Assembly: GCA_963816845.1 (NCBI GenBank)
Contig: CAWFMR010000050.1
Span: forward strand, 58,993 to 122,992
Length of the DNA: 64,000 bases
From: an uncultured Actinomycetes bacterium
GTDB taxonomy: Bacteria > Actinomycetota > Thermoleophilia > Solirubrobacterales > Solirubrobacteraceae
Direction of reading: 5' to 3'
The first letter of the stretch is position 1, and every line of letters starts with the position of its first letter. The translations under genes were made by a program, and so were the position numbers. Of this stretch, positions 18,861 through 28,606 are shown piece by piece. The notes under the pieces were generated by a model. The model saw only the letters and a list, made by a program, of their open reading frames with translations. It searched no databases and was not told the origin of the DNA.

Positions 18861-18887
18861 GAAGGATCGATGCGAGGAGGCGTCGTG

Positions 18888-19280
18888 ATGAACATGAGAC
18901 GAATCCTGCCTGCACTCTGCGCGCTCGTCGCGCTGGCCGCTGCCGGCTGCGGGAGCTCCAACAGCAGCTCCACCAGCAGCGGGTCGAGCTCCGGCTCCGC
19001 CTCGACGGCCGCGGCGTCGTCGAGCGGCGGCGGCGTGGCGATCAAGATGCAGAACATCGCCTTCGACCCCAAGGCCGTCACCGTCAAGGTGGGTCAGAAG
19101 GTGACGTGGACCAACGACGACTCGGTCGACCACAACGTCACCTCCCAGTCGGGCGAGACCATCAAGTCCGACAACTTCGGCAAGGGCGGCACGTTCTCGT
19201 TCACCCCCACCAAGGCGGGCACGATCAACTACGTGTGCACCATCCACCCGGGGATGACCGCGACGCTGACGGTCCAGTAG
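18888..19280 (+). CDS. Cupredoxin (plastocyanin/amicyanin-like) blue-copper lipoprotein
   Basis: Lipobox LAAAGC followed by a Ser-rich linker. Cu ligands: H in DSVDHNV plus C-x2-H-x2-M in YVCTIHPGM. ATG at 18888, 7 nt after GAGGAGG. Confidence 0.8.
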   Translation: MNMRRILPALCALVALAAAGCGSSNSSSTSSGSSSGSASTAAASSSGGGVAIKMQNIAFDPKAVTVKVGQKVTWTNDDSVDHNVTSQSGETIKSDNFGKGGTFSFTPTKAGTINYVCTIHPGMTATLTVQ

Positions 19281-19440
19281 TTGGATGGTTGGTTCCGCGG
19301 CCGCCGTGCTCGCATGTGCGCGGGCCGTGGATGCCGGGCGCCGCACGGCGAAGGGGGGCGGGCTGGTTGCCCGGCCCCTCGCGGGTGGCGATCCGGCGCC
19401 GCGGAACGCGTACAGGCGAGTACGGGGGTCGCGGAATCAG

Positions 19441-22095
<2,655 letters not shown>

Positions 22096-22099
22096 GTCG

Positions 22100-22200
22100 T
22101 GTCCTCTCGCTTCGCCGGCATGACCCGGATCAGCTCCTGACGGTCGGCGGCCGTGGTGCCGCCCTCTCAGCCCAATGCAGAACGGGCTCCCGTTGACCTC
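22100..22200 (-). promoter_or_regulatory. TPP (THI-box) riboswitch upstream of thiO-thiS-thiG
   Basis: Minus-strand sequence: GGGAGCCCGUUCUGCAUUGGGCUGAGAGGGCGGCACCACGGCCGCCGACCGUCAGGAGCUGAUCCGGGUCAUGCCGGCGAAGCGAGAGG. It contains the CUGAGA and CUGAUCCGGGUCAUGCCGGCGAAG core elements. The 3' end runs into the SD. Confidence 0.85.
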
Positions 22201-22228
22201 CGATGGTAGCGCGCGGGCTTGCGAGACT

Positions 22229-22927
22229 GTGGGCGTGGACCGCCGAGCACGCCTGCGCGATGCCCGCCTGTACTTCGTCGCCGACCGCGGCGGGATGGAG
22301 CGCGCCCTCGAGGGCGCGCTGGCCGGCGGCGTCGACCTCTTCCAGCTGCGCGACAAGGACGCCACCGACGACGAGCTGCTGGCCGCCGCCGAGACCGCGC
22401 GCGAGCTCTGCCACGCCGCGGGCGCGCTCTTCCTGCTCAACGACCGCCCCGACCTCGCGGCCGCCGGCGGCGCCGACGGCGTGCACGTCGGCCAGGACGA
22501 CATGCCGGTCGACCGCGCCCGCAAGCTCGTCGGCGACGACGCGATCGTCGGGCTGTCGACGCACTCGATGCAGCAGGCCCAGGCGGGCTGTCGCACCGGC
22601 GCGGACTACATCGCCGTCGGGCCCGTGCACGCCACGCCGACCAAGGAGGGCCGGCCGGCGATCGGCGTCGAGCCGATCAAGTACGCCGCCGCGCACGTGT
22701 CGGTCCCGTGGTTCGCCATCGGCGGCCTCGATGCCGGCAACGTCGCCGCGGTGGTCAAGGCGGGCGCGCGGCGGATCGTCGTCGTCCGCGCGATCGCCCA
22801 GGCCGACGACCCCGAGGCGGCGGCGCGCGCGCTGCGCGCCGCCACGACGTCTCGGGCGGCCGGACGCCGACCGTCTCCATCAGGACGCGGGCCCGGATGG
22901 CCCGCGGAGGTGCCCCCTCGTGGGTAG
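22229..22927 (+). CDS. thiE: Thiamine-phosphate synthase
   Basis: LYFVADRGG...GVDLFQLRDKDA...LFLLNDRPDLA...GVHVGQDD...VGLSTH...ADYIAVGPVHATPTK...WFAIGGL. GTG at 22229 or 22235. Confidence 0.85.
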   Translation: MGVDRRARLRDARLYFVADRGGMERALEGALAGGVDLFQLRDKDATDDELLAAAETARELCHAAGALFLLNDRPDLAAAGGADGVHVGQDDMPVDRARKLVGDDAIVGLSTHSMQQAQAGCRTGADYIAVGPVHATPTKEGRPAIGVEPIKYAAAHVSVPWFAIGGLDAGNVAAVVKAGARRIVVVRAIAQADDPEAAARALRAATTSRAAGRRPSPSGRGPGWPAEVPPRG

Positions 22928-23444
22928 GCGCAGCCGCAAGCGGCGTCCCGGCGCCGGGCCCCCGGTCGCGGCGCCGCCGCCGCCCGAAGCCCCTCCGGCG
23001 GATCGGATGCGCCGCGGCTACGCGCGCGCCGAGGAGCGCAACGCCGCCGTTCGCGCGCAACTCGAGCCGCTCGCGCCGGGCGAGCGCCCGCCCGCGCTGG
23101 TCGCCGCGGCGCTCGTCGCCGCCGCGCTGGGCACCGCCAACCTGGTCGCTCTCCTGGCGGGCGTCGACGTGCAGGGCGAGCAGCCCAGCGCGATCGGCGT
23201 CCTCGCGTTCTGCGCCGTGATGTTCGTCGCCGCGGGCGGCCTGTGGCTCGCGCGCTACTGGGCCGTGCTGGGCTTCGAGGCGCTGCTCGGGATCATCGTC
23301 GTCTTCTTCTCGCTCTTCCTGCTGCGCGCCTCCAACGTCCTCGCCGTCGTGGTGTGCGTGCCGATCATCTGCGGCGCCGGCTGGCTGTTCTGGAAGCTCA
23401 TCCGCGTGATGGGCAGGCTCCAGGCTCCGCAGCGCGTTCGTTAG
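22920..23444 (+). CDS. Hypothetical membrane protein (basic/Pro-rich N-terminus, 3-4 TM segments)
   Basis: GTG at 22920 in the frame of ORF 22203..23444. Hydrophobic segments: LVAAALVAAALGTANLVALLAGV, AIGVLAFCAVMFVAAGGLWLA, LLGIIVVFFSLFLL, AVVVCVPIICGAGWLFW. Confidence 0.5.
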   Translation: MGRRSRKRRPGAGPPVAAPPPPEAPPADRMRRGYARAEERNAAVRAQLEPLAPGERPPALVAAALVAAALGTANLVALLAGVDVQGEQPSAIGVLAFCAVMFVAAGGLWLARYWAVLGFEALLGIIVVFFSLFLLRASNVLAVVVCVPIICGAGWLFWKLIRVMGRLQAPQRVR

Positions 23445-23457
23445 ATTCAGGCGCTCT

Positions 23458-24843
23458 ATGGCTGACTCCCAGTACGACTGCGTCGTCATCGGCTCGGGTC
23501 CGGGCGGCTACGTCGCCGCGATCCGCGCCGCCCAGCTCGGCATGAAGACCGCCGTCATCGAGAAGGACGTGATCGGCGGTCGCTGCCTGAACTACGCCTG
23601 CATCCCGGCCAAGGCCGTGCTGCGCGTGGCCGACGTGCTCGACGAGGTGCGCGACGCCGGCGAGTTCGGCATCAAGGTGGGCGACCCCGAGGTCGACTTC
23701 GGCGCCGTCATGGAGCGCCGCGCGAAGGTGGTCAAGACCCTGACCGGGGGCGTCGCCGGGCTGTTCAAGAAGAACAAGATCGACTACCTCGAAGGCCACG
23801 GGGCGCTGACCGGCGCGGGCACCGTGCGCGTCGGCTCGAGCAAGGACGGCGACGAGATCGACGCGTCGAAGTGCATCGTGCTCGCCACCGGATCGGTCAA
23901 GAAGCCCATCCCCGGCACGAAGTTCGGCAAGCGCGTGATCGGCACCGAGGAGGCGTGGGCGCTCAAGGAGCTGCCCAAGACGATGGTCGTCGTCGGCGCC
24001 GGCGCGTCGGGCACCGAGATCGCCTCGGCCTACGCGCGCCTCGGCGTCGAGGTCACCCTCTTCGAGGCGCTCGACCGCGTGCTGCCGACCGAGGACGCCG
24101 ACATCTCCAAGCTCGCCGAGCGCGGCTTCAAGAAGCAGGGGATCAAGGTCCACACCGGCACGCTGGTGGAGAACGTCGAGACCGGCGACACGAGCTGCAC
24201 CTTCTCCTTCAAGGGCGAGGCCGGCGAGGCCGACTGGCTCGTCATCGCGGCCGGGCGCGGCGCCGACGTCGAAGGCCTCGGCCTCGACGAGGCCGGCGTC
24301 AAGACCGGCGAGAACGGGCTGATCGAGGTCGACGGCGCGCTGCGCACGAGCGCCAAGGGCGTGTGGGCCATCGGCGACCTCGTCCGCGGTCCGGCGCTGG
24401 CCCACAAGGCCTCCGACGAGGGGATCATCGCCGTCGAGGACGCCGCCGGTCTGGAGACGCACCCGATCGAGTACGTCGACATCCCGCGCGCGACCTTCTG
24501 CAACCCCAACGTCGCGTCGTTCGGGCTCACCGAGGAGCAGGCGCGCGAGGCCGGCCACGACGTCACCATCGGCAAGGTCCAGTACGGCGCCGTCGGCGCC
24601 GGCACGGTCTACGGCGACCGCAGCGGCCTGATCAAGATCGTCGGCGACAAGCGCTACGGCGAGCTGCTGGGCGGCCACATCATCGGCTCGAAGTCGACCG
24701 AGCTCATCCAGGAGCTGGTCAACGTCAAGCTGCTGGAGGGCGGCTACCCCGAGCTCGCGCGCATCATCCACGGCCACCCGACGCTGAGCGAGGCGGTCAT
24801 GGAGGCGGCACGGGCGGCGGATGGCTGGCTCATCCACGGCTGA
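23458..24843 (+). CDS. lpd: Dihydrolipoyl dehydrogenase (E3)
   Basis: YDCVVIGSGPGGYVAAIRAAQLG, redox-active C-x4-C in GGRCLNYACIPAK, second Rossmann VVVGAGASGTEIA, and C-terminal HGHPTLSEA. Confidence 0.9.
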   Translation: MADSQYDCVVIGSGPGGYVAAIRAAQLGMKTAVIEKDVIGGRCLNYACIPAKAVLRVADVLDEVRDAGEFGIKVGDPEVDFGAVMERRAKVVKTLTGGVAGLFKKNKIDYLEGHGALTGAGTVRVGSSKDGDEIDASKCIVLATGSVKKPIPGTKFGKRVIGTEEAWALKELPKTMVVVGAGASGTEIASAYARLGVEVTLFEALDRVLPTEDADISKLAERGFKKQGIKVHTGTLVENVETGDTSCTFSFKGEAGEADWLVIAAGRGADVEGLGLDEAGVKTGENGLIEVDGALRTSAKGVWAIGDLVRGPALAHKASDEGIIAVEDAAGLETHPIEYVDIPRATFCNPNVASFGLTEEQAREAGHDVTIGKVQYGAVGAGTVYGDRSGLIKIVGDKRYGELLGGHIIGSKSTELIQELVNVKLLEGGYPELARIIHGHPTLSEAVMEAARAADGWLIHG

Positions 24844-25372
24844 CGCCCCCGCCTTCTTCTTCGACCTCGCCTCGCCGGCGGCGTACGTCGCCGCCGAGCG
24901 CGCGCTGCACGACCACCCGGGGGTGGAGTGGATCCCGGTGCTCGCCCGCGAGCTGCCGGGCGCCGAGAGCTGGGAGTCGTTCCGGTGCGCCGAGGAGCGC
25001 GACATCGCGCTGGCGCAGATCGAGCGCACGGCGGCCGAGCAGGGCCTGCAGCCCGTGCGCTGGCCCGATCCCTTCCCCTTCGACAGCCTCTTCGCGATGC
25101 GCGTGGCGACCTACGCCAAGCAGATCGGGCGCACGGTGGCCTTCGCGCTGGCGGCCTACCGCCAGGCCTTCGCCGGCGGGCGCTCGCTGGCCGAGCCCGA
25201 CAACGTCGTCATCGCGGCGGCGGCGTGCGAGATGCATCCGGCCGCGGTCATCAAGGCGGCCGAGCTGCGCAGCGTGGGCGACAGGCTCGAGGAGGCGACG
25301 GCCCGCGCGATCGCCCTCGGCGTGCGCGACGTGCCGGCCGTGTGGGACGGCGAGCGAGTGGCCGGGGCTTGA
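24821..25372 (+). CDS. DsbA-like thioredoxin-fold protein, 2-hydroxychromene-2-carboxylate isomerase family type (no CxxC)
   Basis: FFFDLASPAAYVAAERA...WIPVL near the N-terminus. AIALGVRDVPAVWDGERV near the C-terminus. Confidence 0.5.
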   Translation: MAGSSTADAPAFFFDLASPAAYVAAERALHDHPGVEWIPVLARELPGAESWESFRCAEERDIALAQIERTAAEQGLQPVRWPDPFPFDSLFAMRVATYAKQIGRTVAFALAAYRQAFAGGRSLAEPDNVVIAAAACEMHPAAVIKAAELRSVGDRLEEATARAIALGVRDVPAVWDGERVAGA

Positions 25373-25629
25373 TGCGGGCCAAGGGCCGCTACCGCCTCGT
25401 GGTGCGCCGCGAGGGTCGCGCTCCGGCCGTGCTCGCAGCGCCCGAGCGCGTCGACCACGTCGAGATCATCGACGTCGACGAGGGCGAGACGGTCCTCTAC
25501 TGGGACCTGCTCCCCCGCGACGCCAAGCGCGTGATCGCGATGATCCGGGCCGACCTCGAGACGATGGACGCGCGCGAGTTCTTCGAGCGCTGGGCGTCGT
25601 TCGAGGGCGACGCCGACCTGCGTCATTAG
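25372..25629 (+). CDS. Hypothetical small protein
   Basis: 85 aa: MRAKGRYRLVVRREGRAPAVLAAPERVDHVEIIDVDEGETVLYWDLLPRDAKRVIAMIRADLETMDAREFFERWASFEGDADLRH. TGATG overlap with the upstream gene. Confidence 0.45.
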   Translation: MRAKGRYRLVVRREGRAPAVLAAPERVDHVEIIDVDEGETVLYWDLLPRDAKRVIAMIRADLETMDAREFFERWASFEGDADLRH

Positions 25630-25638
25630 CATCGGGCC

Positions 25639-26309
25639 ATGGGCAGCATCGTGGTGATCGAGGCGCCGACGCTGGGCGAGGGCTGGCTGGCCGTCTCGCG
25701 CGCGATCCTCGAGCAGGGCGCGCTCGCGACCTACGACGGCCAGGCCACGCGCGAGCTCGCGCTGCTGACCCTCGATCGTAGCGCGACCCGTCGCCCGACG
25801 ACGAGGTCATCGCACGCCTGGGCGACCCACGGTGGCTCGCGTGGATGCACGCGAACTTCTTCGACCCCAGGGACGTCGCGGAGCTGGGCTACGCCAAGAG
25901 CTACGCCGTGCGCCTCTTCGACTACGCCGGCAGCGGGCGCGACCAGCTCGCGTGGGTCGTCGATCGCCTGCGCGCCGACCCGGAGTGCCGCTCGGCGACG
26001 ATCACCACCTTCCAGCCGCTGACCGACACGAGCTACGTCCCGTGCGTGAGCATGCTCGACTTCTGGCTGCGCGACGGCGCGATCGAGCTGGTCGTCTACG
26101 CCCACAGCCTCGACTTCGGCAAGAAGGCCTACGGGAATCTCGTGGAGCTCGCGCGCCTGCAGGAGCGCGTGGCCGGCGAGCTGGGCGCCGCGACGGGAGC
26201 GCTCGTGGTGCACGCGAAGTCGGCGCACGTCTACGAGCCCGAGTGGTCGGCGATGGCGTCGATCTCCGGCGCGGCCGCGCCGGCCGCGCAGCCTTCGTCA
26301 TCGGCGTAA
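25639..26309 (+). pseudogene. Divergent thymidylate-synthase-fold protein. Net +2 frame change, interpreted as two extra bases, at about 25776-25790 as assembled.
   Basis: The N-terminus MGSIVVIEAPTLGEGWLAVSRAILEQGALATYDGQATRELALLTLD continues in another frame as ..DPSPDDEVIARLGDPRWLAWMHANFFDPRDV...TTFQPLTDTSYVPCVSMLDFWLRDGAIELVVYAHSLDFGKKAYGNLVELARLQ. This is a ThyA-like P-C catalytic loop and fold pattern. Length mod 3 = 2. Confidence 0.5.
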
Positions 26310-26365
26310 GCCAGCGTCGAACCGGGCAGGACCGGCGTCGACCCTGCGCTAACGTCCTGCACGCG

Positions 26366-27517
26366 ATGGCCGAACACCCCCTTCCAGAGCGCAACGTAGC
26401 CCGCGAGTGGCTGCAGACGATGATGCTCATCCGCCGCTTCGAGGAGCGCGCGGGAGAGATGTACGCCAAGGCCAAGGTCGGCGGCTTCCTGCACCTCGCG
26501 ATCGGCGAGGAGGCGACGATCGTCGGATCGGCGCGCGCGATGCGCGACGACGACTACCTGATCTCGACCTACCGCTCGCACGGCCACGCGCTCGTGCGCG
26601 GCACCGATCCCAACGGCGTCATGGCCGAGCTCTTCGGGCGCGTCGACGGCGTCTCGAAGGGGCGCGGCGGGTCGATGCACATGTTCGACCTCGAGAAGCG
26701 CTTCATGGGCGGCTACGGGATCGTCGGCGGCAACCTGCCGATCGCGGCCGGCTTCGGCCTGGCCTCCGACTACCTGGGCACCGAGGACGCGACGCTGTGC
26801 ACCTTCGGCGACGGCGCGTCCAACCAGGGCACCTTCGGCGAGACCATGAACCTGGCGGCGCTGTGGAAGCTGCCGGTGGTCTTCATGGTCACCAACAACC
26901 AGTTCGGCATGGGGACCGCGCTCGAGCGCCACTCGGCCGTGACCGACCTGCAGGTCAAGGGCGAGGGCTTCGGCGTCCCGGGCATGGAGTGCGACGGCAT
27001 GGACGTGCTCGACACCTTCCACGTCACCCAGGAGGCGCTGCGGATCGCCCGCGAGGAGCGCCGCCCGGTGCTGGTCGAGGCCATCACCTACCGCTTCCGC
27101 GGCCACTCGATGGCCGACCCCGAGGAGTACCGCACCAAGGAGCAGGTCGAGGAGTGGCGCAAGCGCGACCCGATCCTGCAGTGGGGCGACCGCCTGGAGG
27201 CCGAGGGGATCGTCAGCGCGGACGAGCGCGAGCAGTTCGACCAGGACGCGGTCGCCCAGGTCGACGACGCGGTGGCCTTCGCCGACGAGTCCGAGATGCC
27301 GGCGCCCGAGTCGCTCTACGACGACGTCTACGTCCTCGGCGGCCAGGTCCGCGGCTGGTACTCGGTCGACGAGCGCTCGGCCGGCGTGCACAAGGGCGAG
27401 GACGAGCGCGAGCTCGCCGAGCAGCACGTGAGCTCCAACTCGGACGGCACGTCGAGCGAGACGGGCTCCGTCCCGCAGCAGATGACGGCGGCCGTCGAGG
27501 CCGGAGAGGACACCTGA
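26366..27517 (+). CDS. pdhA: 2-oxoacid (pyruvate/branched-chain type) dehydrogenase E1 alpha subunit
   Basis: MLIRRFEERAGEMYAKAKVGGFLHLAIGEEA...GRGGSMH...TFGDGASNQGTFGETMNLAALWKLPVVFMVTNNQFGMGT (ThDP motif)...YRFRGHSMADP. Confidence 0.85.
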   Translation: MAEHPLPERNVAREWLQTMMLIRRFEERAGEMYAKAKVGGFLHLAIGEEATIVGSARAMRDDDYLISTYRSHGHALVRGTDPNGVMAELFGRVDGVSKGRGGSMHMFDLEKRFMGGYGIVGGNLPIAAGFGLASDYLGTEDATLCTFGDGASNQGTFGETMNLAALWKLPVVFMVTNNQFGMGTALERHSAVTDLQVKGEGFGVPGMECDGMDVLDTFHVTQEALRIAREERRPVLVEAITYRFRGHSMADPEEYRTKEQVEEWRKRDPILQWGDRLEAEGIVSADEREQFDQDAVAQVDDAVAFADESEMPAPESLYDDVYVLGGQVRGWYSVDERSAGVHKGEDERELAEQHVSSNSDGTSSETGSVPQQMTAAVEAGEDT

Positions 27518-27519
27518 GC

Positions 27520-28542
27520 ATGGCCGCCACCGCACAGCCCCAGCAGTCGACCGGCACGCGCGTGCTGCGCTACCGCGAGGCGCTCAACGAGGCCCTGCGC
27601 GAGGAGATGCTGCGCGACGAGAACGTCATGCTCATGGGCGAGGACATCGGCGTCTTCAACGGCGCCTTCAAGGTCACCGCGGGGCTGCTCGAGGAGTTCG
27701 GCGAGAAGCGCGTGCGCGACACCCCGATCTCCGAGAACACCATCGTGGGCATGGGCGTCGGTGCCGCCATGACCGGGCTGCGCCCCGTGGTCGAGCTCAT
27801 GACGATCAACTTCTCGCTGCTCGCGTTCGATCAGATCGTCAACCACGCCGCCCACATCCGCTACATGTTCGGCGGCCAGGTCAGCGTCCCGCTCGTCGTG
27901 CGCATGCCCCAGGGCGCCGGCCACCAGCTCGGCCCGACGCATTCGCACTGCTTCGAGGCCCTCTTCCTGCACGTGCCCGGCCTGCTCGTCGCCGTGCCCT
28001 CGACGCCGGCCGACGCCAAGGGCCTGCTGAAGGCGGCCATCCGCGACGACAACCCCGTGATCTTCATCGAGCACGAGTACCTCTACGGCCAGCGCGGCGA
28101 GGTGCCCGAGGACGACGACCACCTCGTCAACTTCGGCGAGGCCGTCATCCGCCGCGAGGGCTCCGACGTGACCATCGTCGGCATCTCGCGCATGGCGTCG
28201 ACCGCCCAGAAGGCCGCCAAGATCCTCTCCGAGGAGCACGGCGTCGAGGCCGAGGTCATCGACCCGCGGACGCTGCGCCCCCTGGACCTCGACACCATCC
28301 TCGCCTCGGTGCGCAAGACCAACCGCTGCGTGATCGTCGAGGAGGGCTGGCCGCACGGCGGCGTCGGCGCCAACCTCGCCGCGCTCGTCCAGGAGCAGGC
28401 CTTCGACGACCTCGACGCGCCGGTCGGGCGCGTCACCGGCGCCGACGTGCCGATGCCCTACGCGAAGAACCTCGAGCAGATCGCCTTCCCGCACGAGCCG
28501 CAGGTCGTCGACGCCGTGCTCGCGACGTTCCGCGACCTGTAG
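27520..28542 (+). CDS. pdhB: 2-oxoacid dehydrogenase E1 beta subunit
   Basis: YREALNEALREEMLRDENVMLMGEDIGVFNGAFKVTAGLLEEFGEKRVRDTPISE...DNPVIFIEHE... It follows the alpha subunit after a 2-nt gap. Confidence 0.9.
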   Translation: MAATAQPQQSTGTRVLRYREALNEALREEMLRDENVMLMGEDIGVFNGAFKVTAGLLEEFGEKRVRDTPISENTIVGMGVGAAMTGLRPVVELMTINFSLLAFDQIVNHAAHIRYMFGGQVSVPLVVRMPQGAGHQLGPTHSHCFEALFLHVPGLLVAVPSTPADAKGLLKAAIRDDNPVIFIEHEYLYGQRGEVPEDDDHLVNFGEAVIRREGSDVTIVGISRMASTAQKAAKILSEEHGVEAEVIDPRTLRPLDLDTILASVRKTNRCVIVEEGWPHGGVGANLAALVQEQAFDDLDAPVGRVTGADVPMPYAKNLEQIAFPHEPQVVDAVLATFRDL

Positions 28543-28606
28543 CCGCGGCGTCCAGAGCATCGCGCGCGGCGCTCAATAGCGCGCCTGGAAAGCCGATGAC
28601 CACGAT

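Noticed and set aside
18888-19280. A functional link between the cupredoxin lipoprotein and the copper radical oxidase 35 kb away
   Set aside because: Both bind copper, but they are far apart, in different transcription units, and nothing in the sequence connects them. The idea is too speculative to list as a finding.
22100-22235. TPP riboswitch controlling thiE
   Set aside because: The aptamer reads correctly only on the minus strand and points into thiO-thiS-thiG. thiE is divergent, and its short leader shows no THI-box.
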